In this document: positions 30,081 to 39,516 of the stretch, one piece after another | Layout: each line of letters starts with the position of its first letter | Position numbering within the stretch: the first letter of the stretch is position 1 | Assembly (NCBI GenBank): GCA_052146795.1 | Contig: JBKQMH010000024.1 | Coordinates: 2,853-66,852, forward strand | Length of the DNA stretch: 64,000 nt | Origin: Verrucomicrobiia bacterium | GTDB taxonomy: Bacteria; Verrucomicrobiota; Verrucomicrobiia; Palsa-1439 | Direction: 5' to 3' | Position numbers and translations under genes: made by a program | Notes under the pieces: generated by a model | Databases searched by the model: none | Seen by the model: the letters and a program-made list of their open reading frames with translations, nothing else | Told to the model about the DNA's origin: nothing

Positions 30081-31289
30081 TTGTTTAGCGAGGTGCCCAG
30101 CGGGCTGGACTTGCATCATCCGCCCTATCTGAATCTGCGGGCCAACCAGATGTTCTACGCGCTAGCGCTGCTGGCGCGTCAGATCGGGCTTGAATTGCGG
30201 CACCTCGCCAGTCAACGTTTCGATTTTGTGTTCTGCCCGGTTTCTCTGAACCGCAGCGCTTTTCTCAAGGACACAATGTTTCTCGCAATTGCCCGCGTGC
30301 TCGGCGTGCCCGTCGTGTTGTACGGCCACGGCAACAACCTCCCGGAGTTCCGCAACAAATCGCCCCGCTGGCTGCAACGCCTGATTGATTGGGCGGTCCG
30401 CGGCGCGGCGGCGGCGACGGTGCTTGGCAAATGCCTGCGGTTCAATTTTCCGGGTCATCTTCGCGAAGACCAGGTGTTCGTCGTTCCCACCGAAATCGAA
30501 GTGCCCAACCCGTCGCCTGCGGCGACGAAACCGGCCGGCCGATTCACTGTGCTCTACCTCGGCAATCCGGTGCGGGAAAAGGGTGTGTTCGTCATCCTCG
30601 ACGCGCTCCCGTTGGTGCGGGGACGTTGTCCCCAAGCCCATTTCGTCTTCGCCGGCGCGTGGTGGTCTGAAAAGGACGGCGCGGAGGCCGACCGCCTGGT
30701 GCGGGAACGCGGCCTGTCGTCCTGCGTGGAGTTTACGGGAATGGTGACGGGCGACCGCAAATGGGGAATCGTTACCCAGGGTGATGTGTTGGTGCTTCCG
30801 ACCTATTTCCGTTACGAGACGCTCGGCCTGGTGTTGCTGGAGGCGATGGGTGTTGGATTGCCCGTCATCACGACGCGGCGGGCGGCGATTCCCGAAATCG
30901 TGGAGGAGGGTATCAGCGGCCTGTTTGTGGCCGAACAGGATGCCCGCGACCTCGCCGACAAAATCATCACGCTCGCCGGCGATCCGGCCCTTCGCGCGCG
31001 CATGGAGCCTGTGGGAATGGCGCGACTTGAATCCATCGTCGACTTGGAAACGATCTCGAAAGAGCGTGACCGTCACAACACGCGCCTCGTCCACAGCGGA
31101 CGGGATAAATTACGGGCCACACCACCCGGGATTCGCGAGAACCGGGGCAAGCATTGGCTGGCGCAGACACATCACGCCAACCCGCGGACAATCCGCCGAC
31201 GCATCCCGAGCCACAGTCCCATCAGCGCCACCCCGGCCAACGTGATACAGCTGATCGTCGCGCCCAGCCGAAATGACAGCGGGACGTAG
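30081..31289 (+). CDS. GT4 family glycosyltransferase, apparently N-terminally truncated (possible pseudogene). Paralog of the divergently transcribed gene 28598..29791.
   Basis: TTG start. An in-frame TGA at 30060 lies upstream. It lacks the roughly 25-aa Gly-rich N-terminal donor-binding segment that is present in its paralog. Confidence 0.55.
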   Translation: MFSEVPSGLDLHHPPYLNLRANQMFYALALLARQIGLELRHLASQRFDFVFCPVSLNRSAFLKDTMFLAIARVLGVPVVLYGHGNNLPEFRNKSPRWLQRLIDWAVRGAAAATVLGKCLRFNFPGHLREDQVFVVPTEIEVPNPSPAATKPAGRFTVLYLGNPVREKGVFVILDALPLVRGRCPQAHFVFAGAWWSEKDGAEADRLVRERGLSSCVEFTGMVTGDRKWGIVTQGDVLVLPTYFRYETLGLVLLEAMGVGLPVITTRRAAIPEIVEEGISGLFVAEQDARDLADKIITLAGDPALRARMEPVGMARLESIVDLETISKERDRHNTRLVHSGRDKLRATPPGIRENRGKHWLAQTHHANPRTIRRRIPSHSPISATPANVIQLIVAPSRNDSGT

Positions 31290-33592
31290 CGAAACTCGAT
31301 TTCGTGGTCACCTGCAGTAACAAACACCGCTCGCATCACATAGTCGGCGCGATAGATCGGCGTGGGCGCGCCGTCAACCGTCGCGTACCAACCGGGATAA
31401 AACGTGTCCGCCAACAGCACGACCCCGGGAACGGAGCAGTGCACGCGCCCGCGCACGCGGCGCGGTGTATATTCTTCCACCTCCACTTTGCCGGCAGCGT
31501 CCTGCGACATGGCGGAGGAGGAGAGTTGGCTGCGAAATAATTCGGGCGGCTCGGTTTCGATGAACACGGTCCGGCGCGGCTCGAAAGTTGGTGCGCTCAT
31601 GGCCGCCAAGATCTGCTTTCGATCCGGCACGACCTTCCAGACAGGAAAGAACTGCATCCGTGGCAGGCACCGGTCATTGAGGTACAGACGCACTCCCTGG
31701 GCGTTCTTGAGCAATGAGAAATGGTTCGCGGGAAGCGTGACATCGTCCGGTACGAGGACATACTTGATGTTGAGCAGGTCGGCCACCGGGGTCCATTGCC
31801 CGTCGTGTTGATACGGCAGGAGGAGCAGGTCCTCCGGTTCCAGGGAGACGGCACCGTCGATGACGGATAGATGATAAGCCGTCAGGATGCCCCAGGCCAA
31901 AAAAAACCTGTCTGCACCGGGCGCCCATGGCTGCGGCTGCACGCGGAAAAGGCCGTGATCTGCCTGCACCGTCTTGATCGTTTCCAGCGGCGGATATAGT
32001 GGAAACTGTCGCAGGTCAATCTGCGGCACCACGTTTCGCCCCAGCACCGTCAAATCCGTCACGGTGGACAGTAGCAGTGCGGCAGCGAATGTATTTCGGC
32101 TCAGCCACCCGCGCACATAAGCCTGCCATCCCGCGACAACAATAACCAGAAATGTCAACGGCAGCCAGAAAACCACATTCGTGATCCGGTAGTGTCGCAG
32201 AAACAATTCCACACGGTCCAATTCCCACTGCCGATTGTGGAACGCCGACCCGCCCTCATGGCTCAAGATGTATTTTTGGCCGGCCTCCAGCAGCCGGTTC
32301 CAGTTCGCCGCAACAATCCACTGCGCGGTGAGCAGCCCAATCGTCACCATCACGCCGATCACCAGCATGCCGATCATCGTTCGACGGACGGCGCGGCTGT
32401 TCGCGGCCCGCATTTCCAGCAAAGCATCCATGCCGTAGGCCGCGATCACGCATTCGCTGAACACGACGACAATAAGGAATCGGTGATAGACAAGCCGCAG
32501 CAACGGCGTAAAGAAAATGATGACCAACACACCGCCCGATGTCAGCAGCAGCCAACGCACTGGCCGTTCTCGCACGACGAAAGCGCCGACAACAAACAAC
32601 ATACAAGGCACGATCCCTATGTAGCCGTTGAAATCAGCCATATCGGCCCCAAACGCCCTGGTCAACGAATAGGATTCCGTCGAACCGGCCAGTCCGGGAA
32701 ACATAAAGGTCAGCAGAAAGGGAATCCCCAACAGTGTGTGGCGCACAGTTGCCCCCGACCCCGCCGCGTGCAGATCACGTGTGATACCTGTAACCAACAC
32801 CTCGAGGGTCGGCAGTAATTGCACGGCGGATACGAGGATTCCCACCATCAGGACAATCCCTGCTCGTGCCACCCTGTTCGCGCGGCCGTCTGGGTTGGCG
32901 GCGAAAACCGTGCCCGCCAGGTAGCCAACGCACAGGAAACCGAGGTGCGACGAAGCCTGGATATTTCCGCAGATCATGGCCAGGCCGAGGACAACACCTG
33001 CGCCGGCTGCATATCCCCATGAGGTGCGGCGGACCGAACGCTCCACCAGCAGAAGGATCAACGGCGCCCAAGCAAACGTGCTGGGCAACCGCCAATACCA
33101 CATCAAGAACTGGCTGCTCAGCGCATAGGCAACAGCACCGACGAACGCTGCCGGGCCTGACCGTCCCAGCTCCCGCAGGAATGCGAACATCAGCACGCCC
33201 GCCAGCCACATCTCAAGTACGATCCCCAGACTGAAACCTCGTTCCGAAGACAAAAACAAATAGAGGATCTTGAACGGACTCAGCACACCATATTGGCTAT
33301 CCGCCATAAGCGGAAACCCGCCGAGTATCTGCGGGTTCCAAAGCGGAACTTCCGCGCGACGCGCGTCTTCCTGCCAAAACTTTGCATACGGGTAGTCGGC
33401 CCGCAAAATGTCGAATGTGTAGTGGTTTCGAACGTGAGCATCTTGAACCCCGGCGTCGTAGGGCGCAGTAAGTTGGTTCAACACATCGGTCGGCACCAAG
33501 CTACACCCGCGGAAAATCGTCTCGTGAAAGAAGATGATGATTACCCCGGACAACAAGGCGAGCCAGCCGAGGGTTTGCGGTCGTAATTTCAC
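31172..33592 (-). CDS. YfhO-family-like large polytopic membrane protein (putative GT-C glycosyltransferase).
   Basis: About 810 aa. Many N-terminal transmembrane segments, a periplasmic C-terminal domain and a C-terminal transmembrane helix. GTG start at 33592 (the maximal ORF runs to 33736). Confidence 0.45.
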   Translation of the reverse strand: MKLRPQTLGWLALLSGVIIIFFHETIFRGCSLVPTDVLNQLTAPYDAGVQDAHVRNHYTFDILRADYPYAKFWQEDARRAEVPLWNPQILGGFPLMADSQYGVLSPFKILYLFLSSERGFSLGIVLEMWLAGVLMFAFLRELGRSGPAAFVGAVAYALSSQFLMWYWRLPSTFAWAPLILLLVERSVRRTSWGYAAGAGVVLGLAMICGNIQASSHLGFLCVGYLAGTVFAANPDGRANRVARAGIVLMVGILVSAVQLLPTLEVLVTGITRDLHAAGSGATVRHTLLGIPFLLTFMFPGLAGSTESYSLTRAFGADMADFNGYIGIVPCMLFVVGAFVVRERPVRWLLLTSGGVLVIIFFTPLLRLVYHRFLIVVVFSECVIAAYGMDALLEMRAANSRAVRRTMIGMLVIGVMVTIGLLTAQWIVAANWNRLLEAGQKYILSHEGGSAFHNRQWELDRVELFLRHYRITNVVFWLPLTFLVIVVAGWQAYVRGWLSRNTFAAALLLSTVTDLTVLGRNVVPQIDLRQFPLYPPLETIKTVQADHGLFRVQPQPWAPGADRFFLAWGILTAYHLSVIDGAVSLEPEDLLLLPYQHDGQWTPVADLLNIKYVLVPDDVTLPANHFSLLKNAQGVRLYLNDRCLPRMQFFPVWKVVPDRKQILAAMSAPTFEPRRTVFIETEPPELFRSQLSSSAMSQDAAGKVEVEEYTPRRVRGRVHCSVPGVVLLADTFYPGWYATVDGAPTPIYRADYVMRAVFVTAGDHEIEFRYVPLSFRLGATISCITLAGVALMGLWLGMRRRIVRGLA

Positions 33593-33920
33593 TGTTCCAC
33601 CAGAATAATTGAACAGCCCCGGGAAACAAGCAAGCTTGTAGCGGGAAACCGGGCCAACGCCGTGCGCCTCATCGCGATCATCCAGTGTTGCGTGTTCTTC
33701 CCCATGCGCCACCACCGGACTCACCGGAAATCGCACGGGTGATGTGTGCTCAACTTACTCACAGGATACCCCTCAACGATGGATGCGACGCGCTGGGTTT
33801 GCACTCGGCGCCGCTGGCCAGCCTGCGCGGGGCCACCCCGTCCAACCGCAATACCTTCTCCCGCGCCAATCCGGGTTGACTACTTCGGTTCGTTGTGGTC
33901 CCTGAAAGACCCCTGCGACG

Positions 33921-34778
33921 CTAAGAACCCGCATCCGACACCGCCAAGCGAAACGTTGGATTATCCACTTCGAACGCCGTGCGCCGATCAGGCTGGGCCT
34001 GCGTGTAGATGGCGTACTGGAACGGCGACTGGCGGTAACAGCCGTGGCGCCACTTGGCGAGGCGGTGGCGCGCTGCCCACAATGGCGCGAGCACGCGCGC
34101 CCACAACGGCGCGGCGGCGCGCAAAGCCGCTTTCTCGCGGATCGCATTCGGCAGGAAGTTCATATTCTGCCCCGTGCGCGTGAACGCCGAAGTGTAGCGA
34201 CGCAGCATGGCGACGCGGACGCCTTTCTCCAGCATCCGCAACACCCACACAGCATCGCCCACGTCCCGCCATTGCGAATCGAAAAACAGCCCGTAGCGCT
34301 CCAGCGAACTGTGCCGGAAAAACGTCGCGCACGTCAGGGTCGGCAGATGACAGACCTGCACGTGACGGCGCGATGGCTTGACGATTTTGCGATACGCGAC
34401 GAACTGCCCATCGGGGCCCACCACCACCGCATCTGCGAACACCGCCTCCACCTCCGGATGCGCCTCGAAAAACTCCTTCACCGCCGCCAACGCCCCCGGC
34501 AAATACTGCTCATCGCAGTTCAGATACGCCAGCAAATCACCCGACGCCCGTCGCAGCCCGCGGTTGATCGCGTCGTACATCCCGCTGTCCTTTTCCACGA
34601 AAGCACGAACCCGTTTATCCTCCCGCAACCAATCCAGCGTCCCATCATCCGACACCGCATCCTGCACGATGTGTTCGAGCGTGACGCCACGCTGGTCGGC
34701 CACGGACGCCACGCAAAGCTTCAACCACGCGCTGTTGCGAAAACTGGGAGTGATAATCGAAAAATCCACGCCCCGCAC
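33921..34778 (-). CDS. GT2 family glycosyltransferase (soluble).
   Basis: FSIITPSFRN...DAINRGL...NCDEQY. GTG start. The ORF extends to 34979, but that extension is unlikely to be coding. Confidence 0.7.
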   Translation of the reverse strand: MRGVDFSIITPSFRNSAWLKLCVASVADQRGVTLEHIVQDAVSDDGTLDWLREDKRVRAFVEKDSGMYDAINRGLRRASGDLLAYLNCDEQYLPGALAAVKEFFEAHPEVEAVFADAVVVGPDGQFVAYRKIVKPSRRHVQVCHLPTLTCATFFRHSSLERYGLFFDSQWRDVGDAVWVLRMLEKGVRVAMLRRYTSAFTRTGQNMNFLPNAIREKAALRAAAPLWARVLAPLWAARHRLAKWRHGCYRQSPFQYAIYTQAQPDRRTAFEVDNPTFRLAVSDAGS

Positions 34779-35279
34779 TCTATCACAAGCACCCCGCCAG
34801 GCAAGCCATACAGACACGACGATTGCATCTGGGTGAGTGTGATTGTGCTGTTGTAAATGGGCGGGTGCGACCGGTTTACGGAGGCGTGTTTTTGACTTCC
34901 GGTTGGATGGGGTTTGTGGTTGAAGATGGGGATCGCCAACCCTCTCGATCGAGGCCAGTTGCCCGCGCGGCCCGAGCACCGCGGCTCTACCAGCAAAATC
35001 GCTTACTCAACGAGTTCACTTGTAGCCCTCCCTCGTGAATCAAGGGGCCAAACAGGTCGTGGTCCTCATGACAACGACACCCGGGAATTGCTCGACGATG
35101 AATCTTCCCCTTCGCTTTTTCGTCTCCATTACGGTTTACTTTGAGGCGCCTTGGAGCGAAGGCACGGGCTGTAGAATTGGCTTGTCAGCGTTGTCAAAGA
35201 CGTTACCATAAACTTTTACTCGAAACAATCGATCAGCGACAGGCGTGAAGCGTAAACCATATTGAGAAATGTAGGTTCC

Positions 35280-36257
35280 ATGCAAAACAGAATTCTAGTT
35301 GGGGGTGCGGGCGGGTTCATCGGCGGGCATCTGGTTGCCGACCTGCTGCGCAAAGGTCACACGAAGATTCGCGCGGTGGACATCAAGCCGTTCAATGAGT
35401 GGTATCAGCAGTCTCCAAAAGTCGAAAACCTCCAACTCGATTTGCGACTCAGGGACGCCTGTGAACGTTCCGCCGACGGCGTCGACGAAGTCTACAACCT
35501 GGCGGCCGACATGGGCGGCATGGGGTTCATCGAGAACAACCGGTGCCTGTGCATGTTGAGCGTGCTCATCAACACCCACCTGTTGATGGCGGCCCACAAG
35601 GCCGGCGTGAAGCGGTATTTTTATGCCTCGTCGGCTTGTGTCTACGCCGCGGACAAACAGACCGATCCGAACATTACCGGCCTTCGGGAAACCGACGCCT
35701 ATCCGGCAATGCCGGAAGACGGTTACGGCTGGGAGAAACTCTTCAGCGAACGCATGTGCCGACATTTCACCGAGGATTTCGGTCTGATCACGCGGGTGCC
35801 GCGGTTTCACAACGTGTATGGCCCGCACGGCACGTACGATGGCGGCCGGGAAAAAGCCCCGGCGGCCGTCTGCCGCAAAGTGATTTCCGCCAAGCTCGCC
35901 GGCCAGCATGAAATCGAGATTTGGGGTAACGGCGAGCAGACCCGCAGTTTCATGTACATCGACGACTGCCTCTACGGCATCGACCAGATCATGCACAGTG
36001 ACAAGGTGACCTTTCCCATCAATCTCGGCAGCGCGGAAAAAGTTTCCATCAACCAGCTCGTGGACATTGTGGAGGAGATCGCGGGGGTCAAATTGAAGCG
36101 CCGCTACAATCTTTCCGCCCCCAAGGGCGTCAATGGCCGGAACAGCGAGAACACATTGATCAAGAAGACGCTCGGTTGGGAACCGTCCACGCCGCTACGC
36201 GACGGGATGAAAAAGACCTATAATTGGATTCTCGGCGAAATGACCAAACACGCCTGA
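35280..36257 (+). CDS. GDP-mannose 3,5-epimerase-like NAD-dependent epimerase.
   Basis: Motifs match GME: NLAADMGGMGFI, YASSAC(V/I)Y, GREKAPAA(V/F)CRK, RGRNS(E/D)N. Confidence 0.75.
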   Translation: MQNRILVGGAGGFIGGHLVADLLRKGHTKIRAVDIKPFNEWYQQSPKVENLQLDLRLRDACERSADGVDEVYNLAADMGGMGFIENNRCLCMLSVLINTHLLMAAHKAGVKRYFYASSACVYAADKQTDPNITGLRETDAYPAMPEDGYGWEKLFSERMCRHFTEDFGLITRVPRFHNVYGPHGTYDGGREKAPAAVCRKVISAKLAGQHEIEIWGNGEQTRSFMYIDDCLYGIDQIMHSDKVTFPINLGSAEKVSINQLVDIVEEIAGVKLKRRYNLSAPKGVNGRNSENTLIKKTLGWEPSTPLRDGMKKTYNWILGEMTKHA

Positions 36258-36335
36258 GCCACACTGAGTAATGGTCGCGTCGATCTGTCTGTGCAAGAGG
36301 AGAAACCACCGAGAGACGCCAGCGGGGTTGAAATC

Positions 36336-37658
36336 ATGATCGCCTCTCGCGCACAACCCGGCGTTCTCCGCCGCTACCTCCAGGGAAATTGGCGGTATTG
36401 GCGCGAGTTCCGCCGCACCCAATGGCTCTCGGCCGATGAATTTCAGGCCCGCCAGATGGCGCAACTGCGCTGGCTGCTCGAAGACGCCGCGCAGAACGTG
36501 CCGTATTACCAGTCGCTGTTCGACAAGCTCGGCGCGACGCCGGATGATTTCCGCCAGTTGTCCGATCTTGCCCGTCTGCCGGTGCTGGAGAAGCAGCAGG
36601 TGCGGGAAACTCCGGATCAATTTCTTCATCGCTACAGCGACAAAAGCCAGCTCATTGAAGATCACACAAGCGGATCGACGGGCCAGCCGCTGCGGTTCTT
36701 CCTCACGGTCGAGCAAAAAGCCTGCGAGATGGCGCACTCGATCCGGTTTTGGCGGTGGGCAGGGTATCGCACCGGGGCGCGCATCGTGGCGTTTCGCCAT
36801 TACATTCCCAAACGCCCAACCGATCCGCTGTGGCAGCTGGATCGCCGCACCCGCACGCTGTTTTTCAGCGTGTATGACATGAAGCCGGTCAACCTGCGCG
36901 CCTATGTCGAGGAATTCAACCGCTACCAACCGCGGTTTGTGCGCGGCTATCCATCGTCGATCTACATTTTCGCCCAGTTTGCGGCCAGCGAAGGACTCCG
37001 CGTCCACGCGCCGCAAGCCGTGCTGTCCTCCAGTGAAACGCTCTCACCGGAGATGCGGTCGGTCATCGAACGCGTGTTGCAATGTCCCGTGTACGACTGG
37101 TGGGGCAGCAACGAGCGCGTTGGCACGGCCTGCCAGTGCGAGCGCCGCGGGCCGTTCCACGTTAATGGCGAGGGCGGCATCCTCGAATTGGCCCCGCTCC
37201 CGAACGCCGCGGGCGACGCCGGCCAGCGGATGATCGGCACGGGCTTGATCAACCACGCGATGCCGTTGATTCGGTATGACCTCGGCGATCTGGCGCTCCC
37301 GGCGAAGGAACCGTGCGGGTGCGGACGCGGGCTGCCGTGCATCGAGCGCATTCTCGGACGCGTCAACGACACGATTGTCACGGGCGAGCACAAATATATT
37401 CCGTCGGTGCGCTTTTACACGTTGTTTGAGACACACGACAAAGTGCGGCAGTTTCAAGTCATCCAAACCGAGCCCAATGCGGTGGTGGTGCGCATCGTGC
37501 CGGCCCGCGCGTTCAATGGCGCGGAGACGGACGAACTGCGGGTCAAGCTGGCCCGGTTTCTGGGCGACGCCGTCAAAATCGAATTCGAACTGGTCGACCA
37601 CATTCAGCCCGAGCCCAGCGGCAAAATCCGCAACGTGGTGTCGCTGGTGAAACCATGA
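36336..37658 (+). CDS. PaaK/F390-synthetase ('CapK') family adenylate-forming enzyme.
   Basis: AMP-binding motif TSGSTGQP. ATG at 36336. A GTG at 36291 is an alternative start. Confidence 0.75.
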   Translation: MIASRAQPGVLRRYLQGNWRYWREFRRTQWLSADEFQARQMAQLRWLLEDAAQNVPYYQSLFDKLGATPDDFRQLSDLARLPVLEKQQVRETPDQFLHRYSDKSQLIEDHTSGSTGQPLRFFLTVEQKACEMAHSIRFWRWAGYRTGARIVAFRHYIPKRPTDPLWQLDRRTRTLFFSVYDMKPVNLRAYVEEFNRYQPRFVRGYPSSIYIFAQFAASEGLRVHAPQAVLSSSETLSPEMRSVIERVLQCPVYDWWGSNERVGTACQCERRGPFHVNGEGGILELAPLPNAAGDAGQRMIGTGLINHAMPLIRYDLGDLALPAKEPCGCGRGLPCIERILGRVNDTIVTGEHKYIPSVRFYTLFETHDKVRQFQVIQTEPNAVVVRIVPARAFNGAETDELRVKLARFLGDAVKIEFELVDHIQPEPSGKIRNVVSLVKP

Positions 37659-38422
37659 TTCGCGCCGACCTCCATTGTCATACGTGCTACTCGCACGACA
37701 GTTTCGCGGCGGTGGACGCGGTGCTCGAACAGGCGTCGCGTCGCGGCCTGACGCACCTGGCGATCACCGACCACGACGAGATCGACGGCGCCTTGCGCGC
37801 GCGCGACGAGAGCCACGGTCTCGCGATCATCGTGGGCACGGAGGTCTCGCTGGAAGGCGGAGCGCACATCATCGGGTTGTTCCTGGAACGCAAGATCACG
37901 GCGCGACAATGGCGGGAAGCGGTGGATGAAATCCGCGCGCAACGCGGTTTCGTGGTGCTGCCGCATCCGTTTCAGCCGACATCGGGACTGTTGCGCGGCG
38001 GCATCGACGAGGAACTGTTGCGGAACGTGGACGCCATCGAGGTGTGCAATGGTTATGAGCCGCCCGACCGCAACGAGTCCGCGGCCAGACTGGCGCGCGA
38101 ACGCAACCTGCCGGCGCAGGCGGGGAGCGACGCGCATTATGCGGTGGACGTGGGGCGCGCGTGCGTTGAATTTCCGGATGTTTCCGGCGAATTGACGCCG
38201 GAGGCGTTGCGTCAGGCGACGCGCAAACTGTTCGGGCCGGCGCAGGATTTGTCGGGACTGCATGCCGCCGACTCGGCGTTTCGCGCACACACGGCCCCGC
38301 GGGCGCGCAAACTGCTTCCGAAAGCGTTGCGCAATTGCGCCAAAAAGGTAAACTGGTTGCGCGTGCAGCGCCAAATCGAACGCCAGGCACACGAACCCGT
38401 ACGAAAGGAATTCCACGGATGA
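37655..38422 (+). CDS. PHP-domain metal-dependent phosphoesterase.
   Basis: LHCHTCYSHD ... HLAITDHD PHP motifs. ATGA overlap with the upstream gene. Confidence 0.75.
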   Translation: MIRADLHCHTCYSHDSFAAVDAVLEQASRRGLTHLAITDHDEIDGALRARDESHGLAIIVGTEVSLEGGAHIIGLFLERKITARQWREAVDEIRAQRGFVVLPHPFQPTSGLLRGGIDEELLRNVDAIEVCNGYEPPDRNESAARLARERNLPAQAGSDAHYAVDVGRACVEFPDVSGELTPEALRQATRKLFGPAQDLSGLHAADSAFRAHTAPRARKLLPKALRNCAKKVNWLRVQRQIERQAHEPVRKEFHG

Positions 38423-39516
38423 CCGCTTCCTCAACGGACAAATGGGTACCACCGCACGTCGCGGCGCTGGACGGCTATCACGCAACCCCGCCCGTCGCCA
38501 GCGGCCCGGATGTACTGAAGATGGACCTGAACGAGTGCCAGGCGCCGCCGTCGCCGCGGGTGCTGGCGGCGTTGCGCGCCACGGTCGGCGAGAATGCGAC
38601 CCTGAACTGGTATCCCGACAGCGTGTGCACGGCGGTGCGGCAATCGCTGGGCCGCTACCTGAACGTGCCGTCGAATTTTTTGCTCGTGGCGAACGGGTCG
38701 AACATGGCGATGGAGCTGGTCGCGCGGGCGTTTCTGGTCCGGGACGATCCGGTGCTCATCGTGTCACCCGTGTACGCCGTCTTCTCGGTGCAGTGCAAAC
38801 TGCAACAGGCGCGGATCGAGTCGTTCCAGTTCAGCAAGCCGTTTGCGCCCGATTTTCAGGAACTGCTCGCGAAGGGTGGCGCGCACAAGATGATTTATCT
38901 CGCGAACCCGAACAACCCGACGGGCGTCGGTTATCCGCGGGAACAGATCCGCGCGCTGTTGGAGAAGCGGCGGGATGCGCTGGTCGTGCTCGACGAAGCC
39001 TACGTTGAGTATTACGGCGAAAGCAGCGTTGGGTTGATCGAGACGCACCCGAATTTGCTGGTCTTGCGGACCCTTTCCAAGGCGTTTTCGCTGGCCGGGA
39101 TGCGGTGCGGCTATGTGGTCGCCCAACCGACCGTGTTGGACATACTGGGGCGCGTGCTGGCGCCGTGGGCCGTCAGCGGCCTGACGCAGGTTGCCGCGCA
39201 CGCCGCGGTGGAAGACCTGGAGTACATGCGGAAGACGGTTGCGGAATGCAGTCGCGCGCGGCAGCAGGCGGTTGACGGCCTGAAGGAACTCGGATTTGTC
39301 GTTCACAACACGCAGGCGAATTTCATCCTCTGGCAGGTGCAGTCGCCGGCGCGCGCCGTGGAAGCGCTGGCCGCGCGGAACGTCCATGTCAGCAACAAGG
39401 ACTCCGTCCCGCAAATGAAAGGTTATTTGCGCGTGACCGTGGGCAGCCGCGAGCAGACGCAACGATTTCTGGGAATCGTCCAAGAGCTTCGGGCCAAAAG
39501 ATTGTTGGAGCCGTGA
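38419..39516 (+). CDS. Histidinol-phosphate aminotransferase family (class II PLP enzyme; HisC/CobD-like).
   Basis: About 365 aa, typical HisC-like. ATGA overlap. Confidence 0.8.
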   Translation: MTASSTDKWVPPHVAALDGYHATPPVASGPDVLKMDLNECQAPPSPRVLAALRATVGENATLNWYPDSVCTAVRQSLGRYLNVPSNFLLVANGSNMAMELVARAFLVRDDPVLIVSPVYAVFSVQCKLQQARIESFQFSKPFAPDFQELLAKGGAHKMIYLANPNNPTGVGYPREQIRALLEKRRDALVVLDEAYVEYYGESSVGLIETHPNLLVLRTLSKAFSLAGMRCGYVVAQPTVLDILGRVLAPWAVSGLTQVAAHAAVEDLEYMRKTVAECSRARQQAVDGLKELGFVVHNTQANFILWQVQSPARAVEALAARNVHVSNKDSVPQMKGYLRVTVGSREQTQRFLGIVQELRAKRLLEP

